Origin: Salinispira sp.
GTDB taxonomy: Bacteria > Spirochaetota > Spirochaetia > DSM-27196 > Salinispiraceae
DNA length: 64,000 bases
Assembly: GCA_965602015.1 (NCBI GenBank)
Contig: OZ271918.1
Location: 2,976,001-3,040,000 of the forward strand
Direction: 5' to 3'
Shown here: piece by piece, positions 10,325 through 19,680 of the stretch
Numbering within the stretch: the stretch's first letter is position 1
Layout: each line of letters opens with the position of its first letter
Translations under genes and position numbers: made by a program
The notes under the pieces: model-generated
Seen by the model: only the letters and a program-made list of their open reading frames with translations
Databases searched by the model: none
Told to the model about the DNA's origin: nothing

Positions 10325-10352
10325 CGGGGCACTATATCATGTACCATCCGGC

Positions 10353-11084
10353 ATGATGAATACGTCCTATCAAAAAGCCCTCAACGAGTACCTTTCCGGC
10401 TTCGTCACCGAACAGCGCCTGGATAAAATCAGGCGGGTTCTGGCCCAGCGCCACCGCTACATTACGGTTATGCTGGAAGACATCTACCAGCCCCACAACG
10501 CCAGCGCCGTACTGCGCAGCTGCGACGCCTTCGGCATACAGGACGTGCACATCGTCGAAAACCGGAACCGCTACCGCATTAATCCCGACGTCGAACTGGG
10601 CACCGCCCAGTGGCTCAGCATTACCCGCTACAACGCCGGTGAGCACAACACCGCCGAAGCGGTGCGGGCCCTGAGAAAAAAAGGATACCGCATCGTCGCA
10701 ACGGCTCCCCACAGCGACGACTGCCTGCTCGCCGATCTGGATCTGTCGCCGGGACCGGTCGCCCTGATGTTCGGCACCGAACTGTCCGGTCTCAGTGATC
10801 AGGCCATGGAGCTGGCCGACGAGTTCGTCCGGATTCCCATGCACGGCTTCGTCGAGAGCTTCAATATTTCCGTCTCGGCGGCTCTGAGCCTCTACGATCT
10901 GGACCGCCGGCTGCGGAGTTCTGACATAGCGTTTCAGCTGACCGAGGACGAGCACTGCGAAATTCAGGGGCAGTGGCTGGCAGCCTCAATAAAAAAAAGC
11001 CAGGCCTTGGAGGCGGAATTTCGGCGGACATATCGGGAAGCCGGGGCGGGGACCCGGGGGGCACAGGACGCAGCTGATGAATAA
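10353..11084 (+). CDS. TrmH/SpoU-family RNA 2'-O-methyltransferase
   Basis: Motifs EDIYQPHNASAVLRSCDAFG, FGTELSGLS and IPMHGFVESFNISV. The real start is 10353 or 10356, not 9906. Confidence 0.9.
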   Translation: MMNTSYQKALNEYLSGFVTEQRLDKIRRVLAQRHRYITVMLEDIYQPHNASAVLRSCDAFGIQDVHIVENRNRYRINPDVELGTAQWLSITRYNAGEHNTAEAVRALRKKGYRIVATAPHSDDCLLADLDLSPGPVALMFGTELSGLSDQAMELADEFVRIPMHGFVESFNISVSAALSLYDLDRRLRSSDIAFQLTEDEHCEIQGQWLAASIKKSQALEAEFRRTYREAGAGTRGAQDAADE

Positions 11085-11646
11085 GTCCTCGCTGGAAGAA
11101 GAGAAGCACAAACTCCGCAGGGAGCTGGCGGAAATCCTGTCGGCGGTGCCGGAGGAGGATAAATCCTCCCGCTGCGCAGGGCTTACAGCCCGTCTCGAAA
11201 CCTTGAACTGCTACATGGGAGCCAGGCATATACTGGCGTACTTCCCCATGGCCGCCGAACTTCCCCTCCTGGAGCTGTGGAAGAACATACACAGCAGGGG
11301 CAAGCGCCTGTATCTGCCCCGGGTGACAGGCGGTGAAATGCGGTTTTTTCTGTGGGATCCCCCGAACCCTTCGGCATTGGTGCCCGGGAAATACCGAATT
11401 CCCGCGCCGGGACCGGCTGCGCCGCCCTGGCCCGAGGAGGAACAGACCGATAGCCTGGCCATAGTTCCCGGACTGGGATTCAGCCGCGACGGCAGGCGCC
11501 TCGGGCGCGGAGGGGGATTTTACGACCGATTTCTGTTACACTATAGCCAGGTGGAACGGGTCGCGCTGTGCCTGGAAGAGCAGATCCGCGAAGACATTCC
11601 CGCGGATGAGCGCGATGCCCTGATGAGTCACATTATTAGCTGCTGA
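11077..11646 (+). CDS. 5-formyltetrahydrofolate cyclo-ligase
   Basis: Motif IVPGLGFSRDGRRLGRGGGFYDRFL, plus N-terminal KHKLRR. Confidence 0.9.
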   Translation: MNKSSLEEEKHKLRRELAEILSAVPEEDKSSRCAGLTARLETLNCYMGARHILAYFPMAAELPLLELWKNIHSRGKRLYLPRVTGGEMRFFLWDPPNPSALVPGKYRIPAPGPAAPPWPEEEQTDSLAIVPGLGFSRDGRRLGRGGGFYDRFLLHYSQVERVALCLEEQIREDIPADERDALMSHIISC

Positions 11647-11682
11647 GCAGCCAGTGCACGAGGGTCTGAACGGAGGAAGAAC

Positions 11683-12273
11683 ATGGGACAGATAAAAAGC
11701 GCATGGGAACTGGCCCTGGAGCGTACCAAAGATATTGAAGCCGATAAGGGCGGTCTGGAAGAGCGGGAGCAAAAAGAGGCCGGCATGAGGCTTTTTGCCT
11801 GGCTTGAAGCGGGGAATGAGGAAAAGGTCACGGAGTTTCTCAAAGATTCGTCGGGTGAAAAACGCCGAAACGCTCTCTCAGGCTTTATGGAAATACTGCT
11901 GAGCAGAATCAGTCTGCCGAGCAGTGAACTTAGCCTCGATGGGGTGCCCGTCATTGCAAAGGCTCTGGATGTGCTGTTTCCCGGTCAGGAGGCGGTACGG
12001 GGAATTCCCGAGCAGATCAGGCAATTCTACGAATCGTATCTGGCCGACAGGAACCGTCTGGTCGAAGCCCTGAGTGAGCGCTTCAAACCGATGCTGCGCG
12101 AAAAAGAACAGCAGCTCGCCCAGCAGACCGGTCAGCGGGTCACCCTCCGCCCGGAGATGGATCCCGAATTCAACAAGGCCCTCCAGGCCAATCTGGACAA
12201 AATGAACGAGCAGTATTCCCAGGTTATCGACAAGGTCCGGGAAGAGCTCCGGCAAAAGTTCAAGGACGGCTGA
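11683..12273 (+). CDS. conserved hypothetical helical protein (MGQIKSAWELALERT N-terminus)
   Basis: Good GGAGG SD, operonic position and coiled-coil composition. Confidence 0.75.
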   Translation: MGQIKSAWELALERTKDIEADKGGLEEREQKEAGMRLFAWLEAGNEEKVTEFLKDSSGEKRRNALSGFMEILLSRISLPSSELSLDGVPVIAKALDVLFPGQEAVRGIPEQIRQFYESYLADRNRLVEALSERFKPMLREKEQQLAQQTGQRVTLRPEMDPEFNKALQANLDKMNEQYSQVIDKVREELRQKFKDG

Positions 12274-15200
12274 CCATCGCTGCCGGCAGCCCTTCATCGA
12301 CCCTCCGTCAGGGAGACCGGAGAAGAATTACCGTTCTCTTCGCCGACCTGGTTAACTCTACCGCCATTACCGGGGGATTGGACCCGGAAGATGCCGATGA
12401 AATGCTCTCCCGGCTGTTCGAGCGTTTCGAGGGAATCGTCCGTGACCGGGAGGGCAGCGTCGAAAAATACATCGGCGACGCCATGGTTGCGGTCTTCGGC
12501 GTGCCGGTAATTCACGAGGACGACGCTGAACGGGCAGTGGACAGCGGCATTGCAATTCTCCAGGAACTGGATCACATGAAAACCCGCGGCGAAGTGCCGC
12601 TGGAAATCGATTTGCGCATTGGGGTGCACGGGGGCCTGATAACCACCGGGAAACGGGGGGAATATAAGGTGGTCACCGGGGCTACCATGAACATCACCTC
12701 CCGCATTCAGGAGATGGCCGAACCCGGACAGATGCTGGTAAGCGCCGAGACCGTCGCCCAGTGTTCGGGAGACATCAGATTTGATGACGGGGTGCGCCGA
12801 AAAATCCGGGGGAGCGACGGGGCGGTAACGGTCCATCGGGTGCTGCCCGGCAACCGCCGGATCGATGCCGATGAACTTTTTATCGGCCGGCGGGAACTCC
12901 TGAGGGAAATGCGCAACAATTTCTACCAGGACCACAATAGCGGCAACCGGGGTTTTCTCATAACCGGGGAACCGGGAATCGGCAAAACCGGCCTGGTCTA
13001 CCGCCTCATCAAGGAAATCGGGAAGGATTCCACCGGCAGTAATCAGGTGCTGATCTCCCGTGCCCGGCGGTTTCGCCGAGTCCCCTACATAGTAATCGTG
13101 GATTTTATTACCCACTACTTCGATTTGAGCAGGAATATGACCGAAGCCCACATCGTCCAGACCATGTGCAACCGATCCAGGGGCATCAGGATCTCGAGTA
13201 AACCTCTGGCCGCCCGCTTCGCGCAGTTTTACCGGGATATTAGCGGTCAGACTCTCAGGGACTCGGCCTTTGAAATTATCAACGGAGTATTTTCCGATTT
13301 CCTCGACAACGCTCCTGACATCGGACGAAATCTCCTGTTTATCGATAATTCCGACGCAATGGACCGCAAAAGCCTGGACTACCTTAAATTCATTTTGTCC
13401 CAAAGCGAACCGGGCCCCATGGTAATCCTCTGCGAGCGGGAACCCCGAGAGGAACTGGCCGAGTGGATACCCGGTCTGATCCACCGGGACCTGCCGCCGT
13501 TGGAAAATAACGAAAGCCGGGAACTGATCCGCCATCTGATCCCCGGCGCCGACGACGAGGATGCCCGTCATATCGCCGAACTCAGCAGGGGAAACCCCCT
13601 GTACCTGCGCAGCTATGCCCGATACGTTTCCGGCGACAGCAGCGGAAAAAAAGTCGAGTCCCATCTGCCGGACAATATCCAGAACCTCATCCTCAGCAGA
13701 ATCGAAAGATATAATCCGGAATACCGGGACCTCATTATCAAGCTCTCGGCATTCGTGAATAATTTCACCGTAGATGACGCCAGATACATTCTCCTGCGCA
13801 CCGGCGAAAACCCCGAAATAGCCGCCCAGGCGCTTCAGTTCTACTACCGGGAAGACCTCATCGACGAGAACCACGGAATGTTCTTTTTCAGGCATGAACT
13901 GGTGAAACAGGCGCTTTACGATTCAATTCTGAACTACAACAAACGAATTCTCCACGGGGTGATAATTGACCTGATGAGCGTCCAGGATCAGCCTCATCCG
14001 GTGCGCATGCTCCATCACCTCGTCCGGGCCGGGCGAAACAGCGACGCCGTTGAGCACCTGGGAAAAAGCCGGGGACGGATTTACAATATGGATTACCTGC
14101 CCTACCTGGATCAGCTCGAGCAACTGGAAGGCGATGATCCGGTGCTTTCCATGGATATCATGTTCATGAAGGCCCGGATTCTGTTTAATAACGGCTTTAT
14201 CCATAAGGCCGAGGCCCTGGTGACCACCATGCTGGGATACTCTCTGGCGCACCGCGACCGGCTGTACGCCGCGGTGGCGCATCACATTCTAGCTGCCCAG
14301 AATATCAAGGAAGGGAATTTCGAACGGGGCTTTGTGAGCGGCCTCAAAGCCCTTCACAACTATTCCCTGACCGATGAAGAGCTTTTTTCCCTTCACCGCG
14401 GACTGGTCTCCCGCTCGAAAAAAGAAACGATGGCCGCGGTTATCGGAATAATGGTTCAGGGCGAAATACGGCGGGGCAATGTCGACGAGGCTCAGGCCCT
14501 GATCGCCGAACTTGAAAGCGCTGAGAACCGGCGGTTTCACACCGCCAGTCTCATCCAGCTCGATATTTATCTCGGGGACCACCGGAAAGCCCGGGAGCGC
14601 ATTATCGAAATTGAGCGCTCGGAAGATCACGATCCGGAGCTGCCAATCCGCTTTTTGCCCTATCTCAAATTTCTGGTCGGTGAATGGGGTGATCTGGAAG
14701 AAATCTGTGATGAAATTCTTCACTCGGAACACCGTGACGCGGTTTCCCGGGTACAGGCCCTGGGGTTCAAGGCCCTGAGCCTGTGGTCCAGAGACCGGGA
14801 AGATCGCCGGATAGACAGTCTTATGGAACAGGCGATTTTTCGATCGTCCCAGAGCCCCAACGAAGTCGACCGCATAATAAACTGCGCCAGCATTGCCGAA
14901 TTGTTCTGGATAATGGGGCATGACAGCGCCGCCGAGAGCAATGCCCTGGGGGCCCTGGTCAGCGCCCAACGCCATTCAATGACCCAGGAATTGTTCAGCC
15001 TACTGGTTATCCTCACGGAGATCCATTACAGTCGGTCCGAAAGGGAACAGGCGCTGTTCTACCTGGAGGACGCCCTCCAGATGTCCAGCCTCGGAGATCT
15101 TTTAAAGAGGCGTGACAGAATCAGCTGCGGGTACTTCGCCGGTATTCTCGGACTCGAAGGGGTTCCTCCCGTGGAGGAAACCAGGGCGTTGTTGGAGCGC

Positions 15201-15284
15201 GAGCTGGAGCAATATGAAGCCGCTGGCCGGGAACTGTTCGCCTCGGCCAGGTATTTCGGAGAGATTATCTCGCACCTGCTCTAA
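12270..15284 (+). CDS. class III nucleotide cyclase - STAND/AAA ATPase - TPR-like protein (start uncertain, see findings)
   Basis: RRITVLFADL (upstream of the track start), EKYIGDAMVAVFG, RIGVHGG and MNITSRIQ. Walker A is GEPGIGKT; GNPLY and FRHELVKQALY follow. Confidence 0.85.
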   Translation: MTIAAGSPSSTLRQGDRRRITVLFADLVNSTAITGGLDPEDADEMLSRLFERFEGIVRDREGSVEKYIGDAMVAVFGVPVIHEDDAERAVDSGIAILQELDHMKTRGEVPLEIDLRIGVHGGLITTGKRGEYKVVTGATMNITSRIQEMAEPGQMLVSAETVAQCSGDIRFDDGVRRKIRGSDGAVTVHRVLPGNRRIDADELFIGRRELLREMRNNFYQDHNSGNRGFLITGEPGIGKTGLVYRLIKEIGKDSTGSNQVLISRARRFRRVPYIVIVDFITHYFDLSRNMTEAHIVQTMCNRSRGIRISSKPLAARFAQFYRDISGQTLRDSAFEIINGVFSDFLDNAPDIGRNLLFIDNSDAMDRKSLDYLKFILSQSEPGPMVILCEREPREELAEWIPGLIHRDLPPLENNESRELIRHLIPGADDEDARHIAELSRGNPLYLRSYARYVSGDSSGKKVESHLPDNIQNLILSRIERYNPEYRDLIIKLSAFVNNFTVDDARYILLRTGENPEIAAQALQFYYREDLIDENHGMFFFRHELVKQALYDSILNYNKRILHGVIIDLMSVQDQPHPVRMLHHLVRAGRNSDAVEHLGKSRGRIYNMDYLPYLDQLEQLEGDDPVLSMDIMFMKARILFNNGFIHKAEALVTTMLGYSLAHRDRLYAAVAHHILAAQNIKEGNFERGFVSGLKALHNYSLTDEELFSLHRGLVSRSKKETMAAVIGIMVQGEIRRGNVDEAQALIAELESAENRRFHTASLIQLDIYLGDHRKARERIIEIERSEDHDPELPIRFLPYLKFLVGEWGDLEEICDEILHSEHRDAVSRVQALGFKALSLWSRDREDRRIDSLMEQAIFRSSQSPNEVDRIINCASIAELFWIMGHDSAAESNALGALVSAQRHSMTQELFSLLVILTEIHYSRSEREQALFYLEDALQMSSLGDLLKRRDRISCGYFAGILGLEGVPPVEETRALLERELEQYEAAGRELFASARYFGEIISHLL

Positions 15285-15320
15285 TCCGCCGGGGATTCGA
15301 CCCTATGCGGCCGTCCGCAA

Positions 15321-15349
15321 TGGACAGATAAAAAGCGCAGAACTATACT
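15321..15349 (+). promoter_or_regulatory. sigma70-type promoter of the cNMP-binding gene
   Basis: TGGACA-N17-TATACT. Confidence 0.65.
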
Positions 15350-15402
15350 GATGGATATGTCGTCACATCCCAGCCGCATCTACTACACAAGGAGCCTCAT
15401 GC

Positions 15403-15843
15403 ATGAGCGATTTCACCATCCTGAAAAGCGTAACGCTGTTCGAGAATCTCGATAACAAGTATTTGAAGACCATACACAAGGCCTGCACCCCTCGGGAGTT
15501 CGCTGCCGGCGAGGCGCTGGTTGAACAGGGCACCGCAGGCGTCGGCCTGTTCATCATCGTCAGCGGTTCGGTAAAGGTAGTCAAGGAGACCGGCGCCGGT
15601 GAAAAACTGGAAATTGCCTCTCACGGAGCCGGGGAAGTCATCGGTGAATTCTCGGTGCTTGACGGCGCGGCCAGAACCGCCCACGTGATTGCCGAGAGCG
15701 ACACCAGCTGCCTGCTTTTGTCCTCCTGGAGTTTTCAGGCAATAATGGAATCCCATCCCGAAGTGGCGCGGGGTATTCTCCCCATTGTCGTAAAGCGCTT
15801 CCGGGAGACCAATGCCGCATTGATGAAGTGCATGGATTCCTGA
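15403..15843 (+). CDS. stand-alone cyclic nucleotide-binding domain protein
   Basis: EQG...LFIIVSGSVKV...GEVIGEFSVLDGAARTAHV phosphate-binding cassette, with no C-terminal HTH. Confidence 0.9.
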   Translation: MSDFTILKSVTLFENLDNKYLKTIHKACTPREFAAGEALVEQGTAGVGLFIIVSGSVKVVKETGAGEKLEIASHGAGEVIGEFSVLDGAARTAHVIAESDTSCLLLSSWSFQAIMESHPEVARGILPIVVKRFRETNAALMKCMDS

Positions 15844-15864
15844 CCGGCCACAGCCGGGGCCGGA

Positions 15865-17331
15865 TTACGGAGCGGACAATCCCAGGGTCTCAAGCCAGGC
15901 CCTGGGAATCATATCGATGCTGTGGATGTACGCCAGCTTACCGCCGGAATCCGGGTTGAGCTGGGTAGGCATGCCGATCAGACGGTTGTCGCTGGTAAGC
16001 GCCGCTCCGCCGGAGTTCCCGTAGTTTATTTCCCCGTCAGTTTTAATTGTTAGGCCAAGCCCCAAATCCTCAAAACCGGAAACCACCCCTCTGGTAAGGG
16101 TGATGGTCGCCTTGCTCCCCAGACCGCCGACGTTCGGATAGCCCAGGAAGATCAGCTCATCTCCCAGCTCGAGTTCATCGACATCGGCAAATTCGAAGTA
16201 AGAAAAACGAAGATTGTCAGGTATGCGCTGTCCGTAGAGCCCCGAACTGATGACCATCAGGGCGATGTCCCGTTCTTCATCGTAAAAGAGGACTTCGGCG
16301 AGGAAGAGTTCGCGACTCGGTCGGCGTTCGTCGAAGGTAATGCCAACCGCAATGGTTTCAGAGATTTCTCCCCCCTCATCAACAACCACATGATGATTTG
16401 TCAAAATATGGCCCCGGGGACTGATAATGCAGCCCGAACCGCCGCCGCTGTCGGTGGCAAGCTCCACGGTGGCCAGGATGTTCCGGGCCATCCCGTCGGA
16501 CGCCCGGGGAAGGTCCGGAATGGGAAAGAGAAAGGACGGCGGCTCGGGATCCGCCGATACCCGAATGCTGTAGGGCACCTCCCGCTCCTCGAATACTCCG
16601 GGCAGCACCATGAGGTGAAAACGCCGCTCGTCCATGTCGGAAATATCGTACACCGCGTGTTCATTGGCCAAAAAGCTCGAGCCGGAAAACAGGGCGTCGT
16701 AGGGGTCGGTAACCGGTTCGCCGGGATTCAGGGCGAAATCAATGTCCGACTCGGTATTAAAAATGTCTATTCGGAAATTCTGCGCGTCGCGGGGCAGGTC
16801 GACGGTGAACATGTCAATTCCTCCGCTGCCGGGACGCAAAATGCGCTCATAACTCCGGTCGGGCTCGAGGGCAATGCTCTCGGGAAGCCTGGTTACTTCC
16901 ATGGTGAGGGTAAAGGGAATGCTCTCGGCCACCCGTCCGTCGATTACCGGCGGGCGGCTGAGCTGATACAGCACTTCAAGCTCGAACTGACCGCCATAGA
17001 GCGCCGGTCTGCCCAGACGGCTGAGAATGATTTCCTCGTTGTGCAGGCTTTCCTCGGCAAAAAAGAAGACTTCTCCCGAATCGCTGTAGAGATACAAATC
17101 CAGATCGGCGGGACTGTCGCTGAGGAAAAAGCGGACTTCGAACGCATCCTCGGGAATGACCACACGGAAGCTTCTCGAGGGATTCGACCCTCCAAGGGAG
17201 AGGGAGTTGCTTACGGGGAAACCGGGCATGAGCCGTAGGTTGCCCGGGGCGGCAAAGGCGGAGTTACTTAGTAAAAAACCGCACACAAGCAATGCGGCGG
17301 CGCGAATCATTCTCTTCAACAGATCCTCCAT
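15865..17331 (-). CDS. secreted trypsin-like serine protease with two PPC-like N-terminal domains
   Basis: Signal peptide, DLDLYL/DIDFAL repeats and the catalytic triad TNHHV, DIA, GNSGG. No PDZ domain. Confidence 0.85.
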   Translation of the reverse strand: MEDLLKRMIRAAALLVCGFLLSNSAFAAPGNLRLMPGFPVSNSLSLGGSNPSRSFRVVIPEDAFEVRFFLSDSPADLDLYLYSDSGEVFFFAEESLHNEEIILSRLGRPALYGGQFELEVLYQLSRPPVIDGRVAESIPFTLTMEVTRLPESIALEPDRSYERILRPGSGGIDMFTVDLPRDAQNFRIDIFNTESDIDFALNPGEPVTDPYDALFSGSSFLANEHAVYDISDMDERRFHLMVLPGVFEEREVPYSIRVSADPEPPSFLFPIPDLPRASDGMARNILATVELATDSGGGSGCIISPRGHILTNHHVVVDEGGEISETIAVGITFDERRPSRELFLAEVLFYDEERDIALMVISSGLYGQRIPDNLRFSYFEFADVDELELGDELIFLGYPNVGGLGSKATITLTRGVVSGFEDLGLGLTIKTDGEINYGNSGGAALTSDNRLIGMPTQLNPDSGGKLAYIHSIDMIPRAWLETLGLSAP

Positions 17332-17393
17332 CTGAGGCGGTATCCCATGTTATAGTGTAACTCTACAAATATACAGCAGCGAGGAGAAGAATC

Positions 17394-17846
17394 ATGGCCA
17401 ATGAACGGACGTTTTCCATGTTGAAACCCGGAGTACTGCAGCGGCGCATCGCCGGAGAAATCATTCATCGGATCGAGCAGAAGGGCTTCCACATCACCGC
17501 ATTAAAAATCATGAACATCAGCAAGAGCCTGTGCGAGACTCATTATGCGGAGCATAAGGACAAGCCGTTTTTCGAGGGCCTGGTGAAGTACATGACCTGC
17601 GGTCCGGTCATCGCCATGGTTCTCGAGGGTGAAAACGCAATTTCCCACCTGAGAATGCTGTGCGGCGCCACCAATGTGGACCAGGCCGCCCCGGGCACGA
17701 TTCGGGGGGACTATGCATCGGTGACCAGAATGAATATTATTCACGCCTCCGACAGCGTGGAGAGCGCCGAGCGGGAGATAAATCTGTTTTTCAAACCTGA
17801 GGAGATAATCGAATATGTCGACGACACAGCCCGATGGCTCGAATAG
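17394..17846 (+). CDS. ndk: nucleoside diphosphate kinase
   Basis: ERTFSMLKP, HYAEH, PGTIRGDY and NIIHASDS. Confidence 0.95.
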   Translation: MANERTFSMLKPGVLQRRIAGEIIHRIEQKGFHITALKIMNISKSLCETHYAEHKDKPFFEGLVKYMTCGPVIAMVLEGENAISHLRMLCGATNVDQAAPGTIRGDYASVTRMNIIHASDSVESAEREINLFFKPEEIIEYVDDTARWLE

Positions 17847-19680
17847 CCTGCCCCGTTGGGATTTTGAAGCAATAGAAGCGGTAATAGACAGCCAGAAAAA
17901 GGAAGCCGCCCAGATTATCGACGATATCCCCGGACTGCTCGCCGAAGGCGAGGAGATAGTCGGGGGGAAGAACCCGGCGGAAAACGACCGGGACATCCTC
18001 TGGGTTGAACAGTTCGTGAGACGGGGAGACCTTCTCAACGGGCTGCTGGGCCAGCTCTTTAGCCATGCGTACTGCCGGTTTTCCATCGAAACCGGAAATG
18101 CCGAGAGGGTAAAAAACCTCAACAGCCTTGAGGCCATGGCGGTTCCCATTCGCGGCTACCTTTCGCGTTTCCGGCGGATTCTTCAGGCCATTCTCAAAGG
18201 CAGAAAGCTTCCCATGGACAGATCGGGCATTGATGCCCTGGTGGACATGGGTCCCGACGGCAGCGTGATGAATGACCTCCGCTACTACCTTTCTCTCGAG
18301 CTCGAACAGGCGAACTACCAAATGGCTCCCGAGCTTGAAGACCTCGCCGCCGATCTGCAGCGCAGCGCCGGCGACGCCTGGGGGCGTCTCCAAAGCAGCA
18401 TGAGTTCGGAAATGAACACCGAGTGGAATTCCCTCTCCCATGAGCGCAAAACCCTCGTCGAGCTCAGGAACCTGGCTTATGACGAAAAACGGCACATACG
18501 GAAAAAGGCGTTCGCCCTCGAATTAGCGCTCTGGGAACAGCATAAGCTTGCCTTCGCCGGGGCTCTCAACGGGGTCAAGGGGAACAGCCTGACCCTCAAC
18601 AAGCGGAGGGGCTATGAGGACTTCCTTCAGCCTTCAATAATGTCATCGAGGATCAGCCGGAAAACCCTGGAATCCCTCATTTCCGCCATGGAAGAAGCCC
18701 TGCCCCTCTTCCGGCGCTACCTCAAAGCCAAGGCCGCACATCTGGGAATACCCAGGCTCGGCTTCTACGACCTGTTTGCGCCGGTCGGTGAAATCAACCG
18801 CCGCTTCAGCTACGACGAGGCCCGGGAATACATTATCCGTGAGTTCGGCTCATTTAGCGAAGACCTGGGCAATTTCGCCGCAACCGCCTTCGACCGGCAC
18901 TGGATAGATGCGCAGCCCAGGGCCGGAAAAGTCGGCGGGGCATACATGACCGACTTTCCCCTGAGCGAGGAAGCCAGGATACTGGCGAACTTCGACGGCT
19001 CTTTTTCGGCTCTCTCAACCCTTGCCCACGAGCTCGGTCACGGCTACCACAGCCACAAGCTGGAAGGCTTCCGCTACTTTAACCGTGATTATCCCATGAC
19101 CCTGGCGGAGACCGCCTCAACGTTTTGCGAAACCATAATCTACAACGCGGCCATAGATAACGCCCCGGATGGGGAGAAAGCCCCCCTTATAGAGGGTCTT
19201 CTTATGGAAAACACCCAGGTAATCGTCGACATCCTCAGCAGGTTTTACTTCGAGCGGGAACTGTTCACCCGCAGGGAGGACGGGGAGCTAAGCCCCGACG
19301 AGCTATGCGAAATTATGGCGGATGCCCAGAGAAAGACCTACGGCGACGCTCTGGATGAAAGGGAACTCCATCCGTATATGTGGGCCGTCAAGGGTCATTA
19401 CTACAATGTGGATCTGGCGTTCTACAACTATCCCTACGCCTTTGGTCAGCTCTTTGCCATGGGCCTGTATGCCCAATACAAAAAGGATCCCAAAGGCTTT
19501 CCCGGGCAGTACCAAACCATACTCCAGAACACCGGGGTGATGTCCGCCGTCGAGGTGTGCGCCTCCAGCGGCTTTGACATCGAAAGCAGCGGGTTCTGGA
19601 AGGCCGGACTGGACATGCTCAAGCCCTATGTCGAGCAGTTCGAAGCGTCGGTCCCGGATAACGGAGGAAAAGCGAAATGA
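17815..19680 (+). CDS. M3-family oligoendopeptidase (PepF-like)
   Basis: GKVGGAY, TLAHELGHGYH, TLAETAS and FYNYPYAFG. Confidence 0.92.
   Translation: MSTTQPDGSNSLPRWDFEAIEAVIDSQKKEAAQIIDDIPGLLAEGEEIVGGKNPAENDRDILWVEQFVRRGDLLNGLLGQLFSHAYCRFSIETGNAERVKNLNSLEAMAVPIRGYLSRFRRILQAILKGRKLPMDRSGIDALVDMGPDGSVMNDLRYYLSLELEQANYQMAPELEDLAADLQRSAGDAWGRLQSSMSSEMNTEWNSLSHERKTLVELRNLAYDEKRHIRKKAFALELALWEQHKLAFAGALNGVKGNSLTLNKRRGYEDFLQPSIMSSRISRKTLESLISAMEEALPLFRRYLKAKAAHLGIPRLGFYDLFAPVGEINRRFSYDEAREYIIREFGSFSEDLGNFAATAFDRHWIDAQPRAGKVGGAYMTDFPLSEEARILANFDGSFSALSTLAHELGHGYHSHKLEGFRYFNRDYPMTLAETASTFCETIIYNAAIDNAPDGEKAPLIEGLLMENTQVIVDILSRFYFERELFTRREDGELSPDELCEIMADAQRKTYGDALDERELHPYMWAVKGHYYNVDLAFYNYPYAFGQLFAMGLYAQYKKDPKGFPGQYQTILQNTGVMSAVEVCASSGFDIESSGFWKAGLDMLKPYVEQFEASVPDNGGKAK

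Noticed and set aside
9906..10352. N-terminal extension of the TrmH ORF (also the track extensions of cysE, hydC, rex and the deacetylase)
   Set aside because: They overlap neighbouring genes or promoters. Family similarity and promoter/SD positions support the shorter starts.
11040..11080. 6S RNA upstream of the 5-formyl-THF cyclo-ligase gene
   Set aside because: This linkage is common in other bacteria, but here the gene overlaps trmH and leaves no room.
12294..13895. 533-aa antisense ORF and similar long shadow ORFs (e.g. 25975..26850, 29981..30838, 40403..41353, 50001..50807)
   Set aside because: They lie opposite well-supported genes and have no recognisable motifs. Such ORFs are expected from codon bias in a GC-rich genome.
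12270..17331. Cyclase + cNMP protein + trypsin-like protease as an Avs/Pycsar-type defence system
   Set aside because: The protease is convergent and secreted, the cNMP protein lacks an effector domain, and the neighbourhood is housekeeping.
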